From: Phoronis australis
Lineage: Eukaryota; Animalia; Phoronida
Direction: 5' to 3'
DNA length: 64,000 nt
Assembly: GCA_002633005.1 (NCBI GenBank)
Contig: NMRA01000172.1
Location: 269,866 to 333,865, forward strand
Both the position numbers and the translations under genes were made by a program. The number at the start of each line of letters is the position of its first letter. The stretch's first letter is position 1. A model generated the notes under the pieces. It ran no database searches. It worked only from the letters and a program-made list of their open reading frames with translations, and was not told where the DNA came from. This document shows, one piece after another, positions 45,651 to 58,300 of this stretch.

Positions 45651-48600
45651 GTTCGTGCATGTATACGCAAGCAGGAAGTGTTTTTGTAAACCTGCCGAGG
45701 TTTATGATCGGGAACAGAATGTGGATGCTGTTGAAGTTACTTAGGATACCGCAAGCGCAATATCGTAGAGGAATTTGAACAAGCGGAGGTGCGCATTAGC
45801 TGAAGAGGCACGTCATGCTGTGGTTACAGCGAAACAGCAGCTGACACTCCAAGTTATGACCGAACTCTGAGTTGATGTGGGGATCCTGGCTGGCATCCGA
45901 GACGATTAAGTCTTGATTCTAGGATCTAAATTATTAATGAGACGCTTGGCAGCACTTGGAGAAACAATATATCCCAACATATCCCGGTGTTAGGTATTTT
46001 TATTACCAGTTCACATCTGATGACTCCAGCATTGAAGCAAAAAGTAGTCACGGTAGTAGAAATCTCGAGTTTGACTTAAAGTTTGTAGCTCGAACCTGCT
46101 AAGATGGAACGGAAAATGTCAAAAACATTTTCGATTTCAGAAGTATGACTAGACCCCGGTCAGGAAGTCTTTTCATCTATTAAGGCCAGGTTTTATAAAG
46201 GTTAGTCGCTCAAACCAAGTTAGTTTTTTACAAGATATGGATCCTTATCATCAGCTTACTGTAAATAGTTTTGCCCGTTGGATTTAAAGCTCATTGCAAA
46301 TAGCCCATGCCGAAAAAGCTTCAGCTGACCAACTTATAAATCGATGCCTGTTCGGTAGAGCTTCTGTTATGTAAAATTGCATCAAAGAAAATAAAAAATA
46401 GCACACTTTTTACAGTATTCTACAAACACATTATGAAATCCCGAACATTTTTCTGCAATTTAGCAAGTCCCCGAAATTACTTTTGTTTGAATTTATACGA
46501 TGTGAACTGTATGACGTCCATACTGTGGTGTCTATTCCACCGATTATTAAACGTAAAGAACATGCAACAGCATGCCTCCCTATAACGTTTTCTGTCCGTT
46601 TTCTAAAGCAACTGCTAATGTCTCAATACACTTAAAACGTTTTTCTGCAATTGTGCGCCAGGATTGAGCGGTTAACCACTTCAGGTTCTAGATTATTGGC
46701 TATGAAAACTTACGTCTTCACTGTGTGACTAACATGAAAAGCGATTGGCTCCGTCGCCAAAAAGTACTATTCAGTGACCAATTAAAAAGAAATCCGAAGA
46801 AAATTTTGGTTTTTATATTATCGTGCAACCTCAGTGTCGTCCACTTCTAGGAAAAAAGTGTCACTTTCAGAGATAGAAAGTGACCATTTTTATAAGAAAT
46901 CAAATTGCCACTTCCTATCTTCGGACCAGAAATAGCTATCTCTGGGTCAGAGAGTAAAATTGAAACGCATTTTTTATGTCCACTTTCGATACCGTACGGA
47001 AACAGTGCTGTCGAAACATCCCGGCGATTGCAGCATCAACACTTACGTTACTGAAACAAATAGTGTGAGGTACGACAGCTCAAGTGAAAGAAAAGCCACA
47101 AAAAATCCATTTTCCCACAGCAGAATTGCTCAGTAAACCGATCTTCTACCGTTATTAAATTTAGCAACGACTTTTCAACTCTTCAACAAATAAATCAACC
47201 ATTTGAATGCGTCACAACCATTACGTATCCGTATGAATGTGTGGCTGGGTATATTTTACGACCGGGTACAGTTCGGTCATCTAATAATTTGCTGTTTAGT
47301 ATAGATTACCTTGCTGCACCGCCGGTAGTTTTATTGATTTGTCTGTATACGCTGGCTACTTTTCGCCATATGGAATAGCACCTGGGTTTCTACCTGAAAG
47401 GTGTCGATCGCTTTTCAGATAGAGAATACGACAGTATTCAGTGACCTTGTGATTTAACGCTACCTAACAGGTCTATTGTCAACTACGGATTCAGAAAATA
47501 CCTCGCTCCCGCATGTAACGACGATTACTTCAGACAATGGTCAGGCAAACTATACGTATAGAAAGAAAGGCGCGTACAGTTAAATGTAGGTCAACCTAAA
47601 ACCTCAAAGAAGAGCTTGTCTTGAGCTGCGTATGACATCCGTCTGTCTGTGTTGGAGACGTAAAAGGGACTGGACTACGTAATTTCATGGAATATTTCAA
47701 CTTATGAAGGTTAGTGTCTTTTGAGAGAACTATGGTAAAACGATGTACCTTGCAAATAGGTCAAATCTGCGCCAACGGTTGTCGTCGGTTATGATCGCCA
47801 GTGACACACCGCTGTAAACGAAGAAGCAATAAAATATTTCCATGTCAACATATAACCTAAAGTTACAAGAGCGTTTTCTTCATTTAGCTGTGTCTTATGA
47901 TACTGGAACATTGAGGTGACTTTAGTTTCTTTTTACCCATACGACAGTGTTATAGTGATGAAGTTCGACATGAGATGCCCGGCTTGTAACCGGCCAACTT
48001 CATTACCTTACTGGGAACAGGTTATAGTTTGAACTGACATGGTTAATTTTAAGGGTGTAAAATCGTTACTTTTTAAATTGCGTCTCCGAAAACAGTTTAG
48101 GAATGAGGATGATTATCACCGCATCATTTTGTATTTAATAAAAGAGTTGATTGATGTTTATTACCTGGTATCATTTGGTATTTGATAAAAACAATGATTG
48201 ATGTTTCTATCGGCTATGAATCTCACGCATTTTAATCAGTATAGAGAAGCTTACCTACATTATTTACCATAATCTTCAGCAACCGAAAAATCTCAGCGCA
48301 AACTTGTACCTGTATAGTGCTGTCCCGGCCAGGAAAAACTTGATCACGCTCAATTACCTATCGCTATATATTTGATTAATATCTTGTCAGTACACTTTCC
48401 ATTTACCCTGTGATGTAGAATTGGATCAAAGCGTTTTAATTATTAACTGCGAAAGAACCATTATCATAAACTCATATCATGTTGATGTTTTACTCGTCTA
48501 CATTTGCAGAGGTCGTTGATCTGATTCGCTGCTTCCTCAATTTTCTATGCTTCGCAGTCAGCCATTGTACACGCCATATTTACTGCTTTTTCAATGATGT

Positions 48601-51559
48601 CATAGCTATTGATACCACCCTCCGGTAAACACAGTTATTGACCGCAAGTTCACTAATGATTAATAACTACGATAATACTTTACTTATTTCGCTCGAAACA
48701 ATTGCCAAAACTGAGGTTTTTGGGTCTGTTTACCATCTTGCTAGTTAATGAAATTTTGACTAATGCTTTATGACAATTTCTCATTATGCTAGCAACCAAC
48801 AGGAGAGTACTTTTTAATATTTATTTTTGAAAAATTTAACATTCTTTTCTTTTCCCGCCATTCCCTGCGCTTCATATGTGAAGAATTGTCGTCCACACTT
48901 CAGACACCAGACAATAAACGTAACAACGGCGCTTGAAGCACTATTGTTCTGACCTAGGTACTACAGACTTTTTCGTAATACCGTCATCATACAATCAGGT
49001 CAACGTTTGACTACCTGAGTCATTCAAACAAATCAACAGCAGATTATTGTAATATGACACGCACGGCGGGCATGCTTGTCTGGCGGAGTAACAGAGGTTT
49101 TCAAATTTAGCTTTCAGCACTCTACGCAATTTAGTGCGCATTTGATTTATTGAGAGCTATGAATTCAATACTGGATTAAAATTTCTTGGACCCCCTAAGT
49201 TATATGCGGTCTATGAATGCTAGTACATGTACACTGAGCGGCCCCCGGTCACCCCTAATTTGGAGGTCCTTTCTTTGTTCGCCACTAAGTTTCACACTCC
49301 ACCACCCACTCGACATAGTTTCTCGCCCCCAGTACAAACTTCGAGCCCCAACCCTTTGCTTCAGTGAGATCCTTATTTAGTACCAAGACCTAAGGTGTCA
49401 CCATAATTAGCTGGAAATGTCAGCAAGCTCTGAACGAGTATTGGGTTTTGTTCGTAAGCATTTCGAAGCTTTATAAAGACTTCCAAAAAATTCGGGAAAT
49501 CAGAAACGGGCGATCGAATTCTTGTCGTTGTGGACCTTTTGGTAACAAAAAGGCGGGCGGACTAAAAAACAAACAAACGGGGGCACCATTGTGAATCGCG
49601 CGTTTGTGCTTGTTTAGGGGAGTTTTGTCTCATTTTCTCGGACATTTTTGTTTCTCGGAGGCGGACCTTTTTGCCCACTTCGTCAAATGGGGGGGGGGCT
49701 CGTTCGAGCCTCCCGAGCCCCCTCCCTGGGTGCGCGCATGGTACATCTCAATAACGAAAATAATGAACTATAACGTATACACTACACGTGACCTTCTTTA
49801 ACAGACCAACCTCATGTTCACATTAGATAATGAATTTGAAGGACTCTGGTCTTGGCACATTGCAGCTTTTATTGCTACAAATATCAGTATCTCCGTTTGT
49901 TGGCTGCATATGAGTGGCTGTAAACTCTGTTCCCCCTGACACTAGAAGCTTCCAAAGAGTGTCAGTATGAAAGTGCTTATTACTTTGACAAACCAACCAC
50001 GGTTTGCTTGGCTGACCCACCCACATGCCTCTTTTTAAGCTCACACCTGTCAGGAAAGATTTGAATGTGTGATGGATCTATTTTTAATTTGCAAGCCGAT
50101 TTCAATTTAGAAAAATGTTTAAGCGACAGTAGGAAATACTTAGGTACATGTAGGGTATTCTAATTTTGACAGTCATTAATAACCTGCCTGTTTATCTGTA
50201 ACGCATGTATTGACCTCGACTCATTTTACATTCAGGTGCTTTATTAACGTTGAAGTTATTTTTTACAGTGACATGTTTATTTTTAAAAATCAGTGAAAAA
50301 CGTCGAAGAAGGAAAACAACTACCGCGAAGTTGAATAGAGTTAATAATGTTTACAGACGCACGAAACTTTTGCAGCCAACTTTCGCCAGTTGTGCGCGTC
50401 TTTTGAGTTCCCGTTCCATTTCTCTCTTGGGTGTCTGCTTCTGTCGCGTTGAACTAGACGTCTGCTAACTTCGGACCAACATATCTCGGAAATGGCTGCC
50501 CGATGTCATGTACTATATTTCATACATTGTTAGGTATTGTTTTCAAAATGTTTTACTTCTTCATAAGGAGTTATGATTTTTATGAAAAAAGTGAAATTTG
50601 CATACAGTGAAAACGATACGATCACGTGGAAATCTGTAAAAGTGTTATTGAAGTTTCATCTTAAAAACTGATATCAAACGAAATTTGACCATGATAATGT
50701 TACTGCTCCTTTGTTATACATGTACTTTTCACTTTCCCTAAATTTTACAAAATATACATGGTCGAGTGAAGCATTTAATGATAGCAGATTGATACAAAGT
50801 CGAAAAATAAAAATCTACTTTCAGAAAAAATATACTTTTACCCAGTTAAAATTTGTACTTTTGTAGATATTTGCCCAAAAACGCTGACTTGTCGATAAGG
50901 CCCGTATGACCTGTCTGAAAGCATGTTAATCGTTTAAAAATGCTTACGGTCATTGTCACTAGACGTACTTTAAGCTCCTTCTTACTTACCTACCTATCTT
51001 AGAAAACGTGTAAGCCAATAAAACTGTACATTTGCCAATAGACATTTCATACCGCTCTTATTTTGTCAATTTAAATTGAGCATTTTTGTAAATATGGCAC
51101 TGCGTTATACAACCAGTGTACAAGTACGTATACTTTCAAGCACGCACTTGGTGTTATTTGAACTGCACAAGTTATCAGCTAGCATAGTTGTCGCGCGAAG
51201 GAGGTGATAAGAGCTAAATAAGTTTTTCAATGCCATATGGTTGTAGCTTCGGCAATTAATCTCCCAAAATGTATCAGCAATTGATTGACCAGTGGGGCTA
51301 TTGACTGGCGTGCCTGGTGTGGAAGGCGCTAACTTTGTTTCATTTCGCTACTCCAACGCGACGTGACATGTGACATTTTCACCTTACATTTCATTGTGAG
51401 TCACTCAACGTTTTTTGTCCGCACGTGTAGAACTACCATTTTATCAGGAGTTTGATTGTAATCTAAACCAATGACGCACGTCTACCACGGTGAGTCGGAG
51501 AGTAGTGGAAATCAAGACGAAAATAATACTTGTCAGGATTGTAGTAAAAAGAATGCCAA

Positions 51560-51850
51560 AGTAACCGATGGCGATGGACGATGTGGTGGCGGTGGTGCTT
51601 CTGGTGATGGTGCCGGTAGTGAAAACGATGACGCTGACGGCGGGGATGGCGGTGATGATGATGATGCTGACGGCGGGGATGACGGTGATGGTGACTATTT
51701 GGTGATGATAACAACGAAACTGATTTTGAGGATGAAGGAAATAGTGAAGATGGCGGGATGATGACCGCAGTGATGACGAGTATGATGACGGCCTTATTGA
51801 TGGCACGACGGTGCTGTTGGTGATGAAGATGTGTAGCGATGATGGTTACG
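51560..51850. repeat. Degenerate GAT/GGC trinucleotide low-complexity tract
   Basis: GATGACGGTGATGGCGG-type runs. Confidence 0.75.
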
Positions 51851-52959
51851 ATGTGGACAGAGAGTCATAATGGAAATTGCAACACTGACCACTGCGTTGA
51901 TGATGGGGGGAGCAATGATAGTGCCAAGTGCCGATTGTGCTGGCGATGCATTGAAAAGGGTGGTGTCGAAGACGCTGAAGGAAGACAAAACGACTTGACA
52001 GTCCTCATCTAAACGTCTTGGTAACAACGATGAAAAATGCGCTCTAGTTACTAACTGATGTCGGTGACGTCAGAGATCTCGTAACACTAAGTTACGCATG
52101 TACACAAATGTACGCTCGCACACAACTGACCTTGTAATCATAAGTCAAAGTATTGGGAAGTGCATGACTTACTTTTGAAACTACCCACAATTCAGCTGGC
52201 TACTCTTGTCACTTTTTCGGATAAGTTGATAACTCAGAGCACTTCTTGATATGTCCTTTGAGAAGAGTTTCTCATGTTGCTATCTCAGTTGGTTTGTGAG
52301 TTTAATCAAATTTTGAATAGTTATTGAAAAGCGGATTGCATTAGCACATTGTTCTTTCGGCAATGCCACAGTCAGGTAGCCTACATAAACATTTTCTAGA
52401 TGCCCGTGTATAGTGGCATTGTTTGTGATTGAAAATGTCATTCAGTTGATTTACTTTGCCAAAACTGATGTGAGAAATTCCAACAACCGCTTGAAAAATG
52501 CACTCTTCATTTTGAGTAGTGTGTTAAACACATTTTTTTCTTTTATTTTCACCAGTTTAGACTCTCATCAACTGAGAAATGTCACTGAAATAAAATTATT
52601 TGGTTAACCGTAGTCCTGCTTGTAATTACGTTTTTGTGCTGCCATATTTAGAAGTTCAGTATCGTTCAACTGAGATGGCTAATTTCTTGGTGCATCACCA
52701 GAAATTAAAAACGTATTTTGATAACCCCGTATTCAATTTTTTAAACATTTGATAACGCGTTGAAAGAACATCAATTGAGAATCAGTCTAAACCAGAGTGG
52801 CTTGCGGCCAATATAGTTAATTTAAAGAAGCTGAAAGAGATAAACACTGGCGTCTCATTGACTCATGTAGTGAGGGTTGGCGAAATGATATCGCAACACT
52901 TGAAGTTATAGTTTTGTCTTTAATCCTCTTGAAAACCGTTCACAATGCGAGAACCAAAT

Positions 52960-53119
52960 GATACTAACCAATATCTTGGTGATACTAACCAATATCTTGG
53001 TGATACTAACCAATATCTTGGTGATACTAACCAATATCTTGGTGATACTAACCAATATCTTGGTGATACTAACCAATATCTTGGTGATACTAACCAATAT
53101 CTTGGTGATTTCAACCAAT
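52960..53119. repeat. 21-bp minisatellite, ~7.5 copies
   Basis: GATACTAACCAATATCTTGGT. Confidence 0.97.
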
Positions 53120-53429
53120 CCTTGTTCTGCCAACTGCTAATGCATTATTGCCGTCAATTTTGGAAGATAAAATACGGAATCTGATGTCTCATACAGAAAA
53201 CAATTCAATTTTACCAGCCGATTCGAAAATTTATTTAAGAGTGGTAATTGAACAACTGTATACTTTTTTAAAACGATATGTCAAGTATTTAAAGTTTCAG
53301 TGGGAAGAGCTTGGTAAGGAGATGAGTAACAAAACTTTTCCTGAGGGCAAGTTGTTTGAAACACTATTCCCACATGTAACCACGTACAATACAAATAAGC
53401 ATGGTATTACCTTGTAACACGGACAATGA

Positions 53430-54540
53430 ACACTGTGCCGTGCTCCCCAGGCGCCCCAAGTTTTTGCATTCTTAATCAATGATTTACCACAAGGTGCGAA
53501 GAAATGAAAACAATGCAATGTACGGTGACGACACTGCTCTTTTTACACCTCAAGTCTATGATGGGCCGTTGGGGGGAAAGTGTCGCCGGAAAAATACGAG
53601 CGTAATTGTGTACATTACGCCGTTATTTACGCCGTTAATTACGCCGTAAAATTACGAGTGTAATTTAATTCTTTACGGCGTAAAATTACGCTTGTAATTT
53701 AGTTTAAACTCTTAGCCAATGACGTTGGGTTTTACAATCCACGATCGCGCGCGCTCATAAACATACTTATTTACTGACGGACTGTCTACGATACGAGCGC
53801 TGAATCATGGCGGATCAAATTGCTGCTACCATGTCAGCGATTGTGCAAGAACGAGCTGCCCAGAAACAGTCGGATATGTTAGGTCATCACTGATTGGTTT
53901 AAACTTGGAACGTTCTTAAGGTATTTTACGAGCGTAATTTACGGCGACCATTTCCCCCATTTAATTTACGGGCGTAATTTTACTGCAACACTTTTGCAAT
54001 TTAACTTACGCTCGTAATTTCGAGCGTAATTTTACGGCGAAACTTTTCCCCATTTAATTTACGAGCGTAATTGTACGGCGACACTCCTGCAATTTAATTT
54101 ACGCTCGTAATTACGAGCGTAATTTTACGGCGACACTTTCCCCTCAACGGCCCACCATACAAGTCGAAGGCCGTCGGCGACCTTCAATCTAGTGCGCGGT
54201 TTGAGGGACACTGGAATGTTAGCCGTTGACTCTCCCCTAACAAACTCTCCTTGAATATAACAAAAACAAAATCAGTGACAATTTAATCTCGCCAAATACA
54301 AACCAAAGATAGGGAAGATAGGGTATTGTTTCAATTCCAAGGAAAAACTATTTGAAATGTTTAAAAAGCGTGTACCAGTACCTGGGTGTTTGGAAAGACG
54401 AAATCTTGACATGGGAGCAACGGATATTGATGGCATGTGAAAGACATTGTCTAAAAGGTATTGGTATTTTCAAAGAAATTAAAAATTTTGTAGACTTGAG
54501 GTCAAGTCTTTCAAACCCTTCTATAATGGATTAATACTTG
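53430..54540 (+). mobile_element. Decayed non-LTR (CR1/L2-like) reverse-transcriptase fragment, interrupted by a MITE
   Basis: Frameshifted motifs FLINDLP, MYGDDTALF, NKLSLNITKTK, YQYLGVWKDEILTWEQRI...IGIFKEIK. Confidence 0.75.
53557..54159. mobile_element. Foldback-like MITE with long TIRs, internal TTACG repeats, 6-bp TSD
   Basis: TATGATGGGCCGTTGGGGGGAAAGTGTCGCCG ... CGGCGACACTTTCCCCTCAACGGCCCACCATA; CAAGTC on both flanks. Confidence 0.85.
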
Positions 54541-55047
54541 TTTTGACTGTTGTGATAAAGTCTGAGACGACTCAACAAAACGCTCTCATTTACATGTAGA
54601 CTCTAAATCCTACCTAACAACTGACAGTTATTTCATGAAGGGACTACCGGAGTCTTTAAAACGCGCATTTTACTGACATTCTGGCGTCACTGGATTGGAC
54701 GATGCTCGATGAACGTAAAACATTCCCCGTTGATTCGGCACTCCACATCCGGCCAGCATATCTCCAAAATAGTTTCACTGCAGTAAATAACATACATATG
54801 CAACGAGAAAGTGTCAGTTGTTTCCCGGTTGTTTCCCAAATCCCTGTCATCAATGGACCAACTAAAATGTGCATACCGTAGAACCACTCACAGCAAACTT
54901 ACCGATTCATATTTACTTACAATCTTATTTAATTTGCAAAATGCGAACTTGTGACGAGGAGGAGACAACTTATCGATATAAAAATGTCCTTAGAGTGTCC
55001 TTACATATAAATAAGTGGCGTTCCTGGGTTTGGAAAGAAACAAGCGG

Positions 55048-55153
55048 TCGTGACAAGCCAACTTGTTGAACGTGGTAGCAACCAATAAGGACTTGTCCGT
55101 TCGTGACGTGCCAACTTGTTGAACGTGGCATCAACCAATAAGGACTTGTCCAT
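55048..55153. repeat. 53-bp direct duplication upstream of gene 2 coding exon 1
   Basis: TCGTGAC..GCCAACTTGTTGAACGTGG...AACCAATAAGGACTTGTCC twice. Confidence 0.85.
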
Positions 55154-55340
55154 TGTTTTTAAGCCCAGAAATCGCCTCGAATTTTTGCGAAGAACATAAG
55201 GATCAGTCAAATTTCTTAACTGTCAGAGTTCTAAATAAAAACCTGTATTTTAGACGACCTTTGCTTTGGGTTTATAGATGTAGCAGTTTTCTATTGGAGC
55301 TTTTGCACTTTGTTCATGTTTCTTTGCAGTGTATCACGTG

Positions 55341-58300
55341 ATGAAAGTGGTGTGGTTCGCGTGTACTTTGACCTTCTTATGGTTGGAGGTCGGCGGTCAG
55401 CAGACATGGGAGAGACTTGAACCTTTGCCGTGAGTAACTAAAAATATCGCATTTCATTTATTGCGTCACAATGACGCCATACGTCACCACTGTCGCTTTA
55501 ACTGATTAAACATATTGTATCAAAATGTACTTTTACCGGATGTAAAGGTATTCTGTTGAAATGTGATCATTATGTTGTAAAACACGAGGAGTCATCCTAG
55601 TGGACAATGTTGTTCTATCTGAAATAACTTGCCAAATAGTTGGTGTAGTACAAGAGGAGGACTAGTCTGCACTCTAACCAAATTTAACGACCGATCTAAA
55701 ATTTCCACGTATCTGAATTTTAGTGATTTTTTATTTTTTACATTTTTTCAGTGTCACATCCGTTTGAAATATTTGTTTTGGGTGAACTCACATAATTACT
55801 CTTTATTTTTTATTAAAGAAATGTTCATCTAACAGCAAAGTGAAACATAAAAACTAATAGGATTGTATTGTGTATAGACAGCCAACTCATACTCACAACA
55901 CTTTGTCATGTTTTTTTAATTTAAGGAATATCAAAAGGTTCACGCAGCAGGATGTCGCTTTATGCTGTCTGCCCTTCATACTTTAACACCATTTGTGTAA
56001 CAGTTTCGTCGATTTTCAGAACATATTTGCTTGCCGCACCTCGAAAGGTTCGACCTAATCAAGTCATCGCCATGAGCGCTACTGTGCTGAGACTAGAGTT
56101 TAACAGACTCAACTTTAGAGTTCTTATAAAACGAGATGACACGGAGATCTGCAGCGTTTTCGAGACATTTGATGCACCGGGCACGAAAATGCTTCAAATG
56201 CAGGTATCTTAATCTTAGGTTTGGTGGGTGTTTTGCTCGCAACAAAAACCCAACACAATTTCAGTGACTACATGTTTCTGCAGTACGATAAAGTGGATAT
56301 GTAATGATATTTGTCTAGAGATACAAAAGATCAAAACATCAAATTAGAACATAGATATCTCTCATGGGAAGTATAACGTTTCAATGAAAACTTAAAAAAT
56401 TGCACGGAAATTACAAGTACTAAGCGTGACATCTAAAGGTCATGCGTGGAATTAAGCGATAAAAGCTAGCGACACGAATCATATTATTTTATTTCATTTC
56501 ATCAGTGTATGTTCACATTTGTTGACAATAGCATTCTTGAGTGACATGTGCCAGAGATTACCTATAAAAAATACCCTGTTTAACGGTGTACGTGATTCAA
56601 TGAATCAATATACATAGCTCCGTTTCCCGCCGACAGAACACCAGCAGCTTGGTGCTTGACAAAAGGCATCCATTTTCTCGCACGGCATTGTGCAGTACCA
56701 TTTGTTTAGAGTAAACGAATATTTGTGAACTTATGCTTCAAGCTAAGTCACTAATTATTTATGCTAACTAATAATCATTTATATATAAAACATCTCCTTC
56801 AAATACAGACGGAAATCTAGAATGGATTGTTTTACAAATTATTGATGCCATTTCTAATCAAGCATCATGGTTTACAAACAATGGACAAGATATCCAACAG
56901 CACTACGCGCTTACTGTTTGACATTACTTTCGCTCGACCATTCCTGATTCAGATGAGATTCACTTTTAATTATTCGAAGATGGCAGCCAGTAGAATGTTT
57001 ACTTTTTCTGAAAAACCAAACACACGTAGTGTGTCTCAGAATGTACAATGTGTATTTTTAAAATATCGCCACTAAGAAAAACTGCGAAGCAATCGGTGAT
57101 ATTTTGCAGATGCCCGAGAATTCAGTGATGGCAAACTACACACTGAGAGTGGAGGGAACCTCCGACAGCGGCTACGGAGGATACCTCTTTGAAAACGAGA
57201 CAGCTTTAGAGTACGACTCCAAGCAGATCTCCTTATTCATACAGACTAGTAAACCCCTCTATATGCAGGGCCAGACAGGTGAGGCAATTGATCTCAGAAA
57301 ACTCCTTGAACTAAGCAGTGTATGAATAAGCGTATTTTCTGCAGATTTTTGAACAGAGAGAGAAGCTTCCGCTAAATTATGTAGTTAGGGGAACAACCAG
57401 CAGTATTTTTCACGAACTCTGTCCTCCGTTATTAAGTCATCGTCCATGGCTGGCTCAACATCCTACTGTACACTTCTCACAGACTGAGCCAACCATTGTG
57501 TGGTCACTTCATTCATCTTTTATTATTTCCGCAAAACGCCATCTGTTGTCACATCGGTGAGGTGATGGTAACGATATTTATTTTTATTTAAATTTCAGTT
57601 GATCAGTAGCTATAGTTGAAATAATAGTCTGCCTTCCGTGTGAAACGATAAACAACATTGATTACTCGCTAAAGCAAACTCATTCACTTATGACGCGACG
57701 TTTTAACGTTTAATTAATTATAGAGATTGAATATGCCCATGTGAATATTTGTTACACTATTTTTATGAAGACTTGTGCTGGTATGAAAAACTGCTTATGA
57801 GAACTGTAAGCTACAATATGCATTATCTCTTCCAGTTCGCTTCAGGGTAATTCCAGTGAAGAACGATCTTTTATCGTCGCACACTAAAATGGACATCTAT
57901 GTATATGTAAGTAAAAACAAGTTCACAAAACGTCGTTTCTGATTTTTCTATTCTAATACAGGTGCATTCTCAACACGGTTGTTACCCACAGTTGCTTTGT
58001 CATGCGCAGACTGTGTAGTGGATCAATTATCAATTTCCCATAGTCTTTCTGAGGTAATGAGTTGATAAGACATGTTCCGGAAATTTTTATCTGTTTTTGC
58101 CTGTCTGCATCGAATCTGCTCGACGAAATTTTGGTTAATTAATGCTCTGATCTTCGCGGTTTTTTATTTTTGAAGATTCGAATGCTTCGTGGAATATTTT
58201 TCCCGCGATCTTCACTTCTTCCATTTCCCTGCATTACCTCCGAAGAACGGTTCAAGAGTACGATTGATATGACGTCACTTTCGCTATTCGTCATTATTAC

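Noticed and set aside
51444-52027. Asp/Gly-rich and His-rich ORFs on both strands
   Set aside because: Translations of a degenerate GAT/GGC microsatellite with stops in all frames.
52906-53184. Repetitive ORFs (DTNQYLG / ILVILTN / SITKILV repeats)
   Set aside because: Open frames are by-products of a 21-bp minisatellite; no splice or homology support.
44700-55000. Additional gene or 5' UTR exons of gene 2 in the intergenic region
   Set aside because: No convincing coding exon chain; non-coding exons cannot be placed from sequence alone.
56204-56212. U12-type intron (GTATCTTA donor)
   Set aside because: Does not match GTATCCTT, and the equivalent gene 1 donor is GTTATT.
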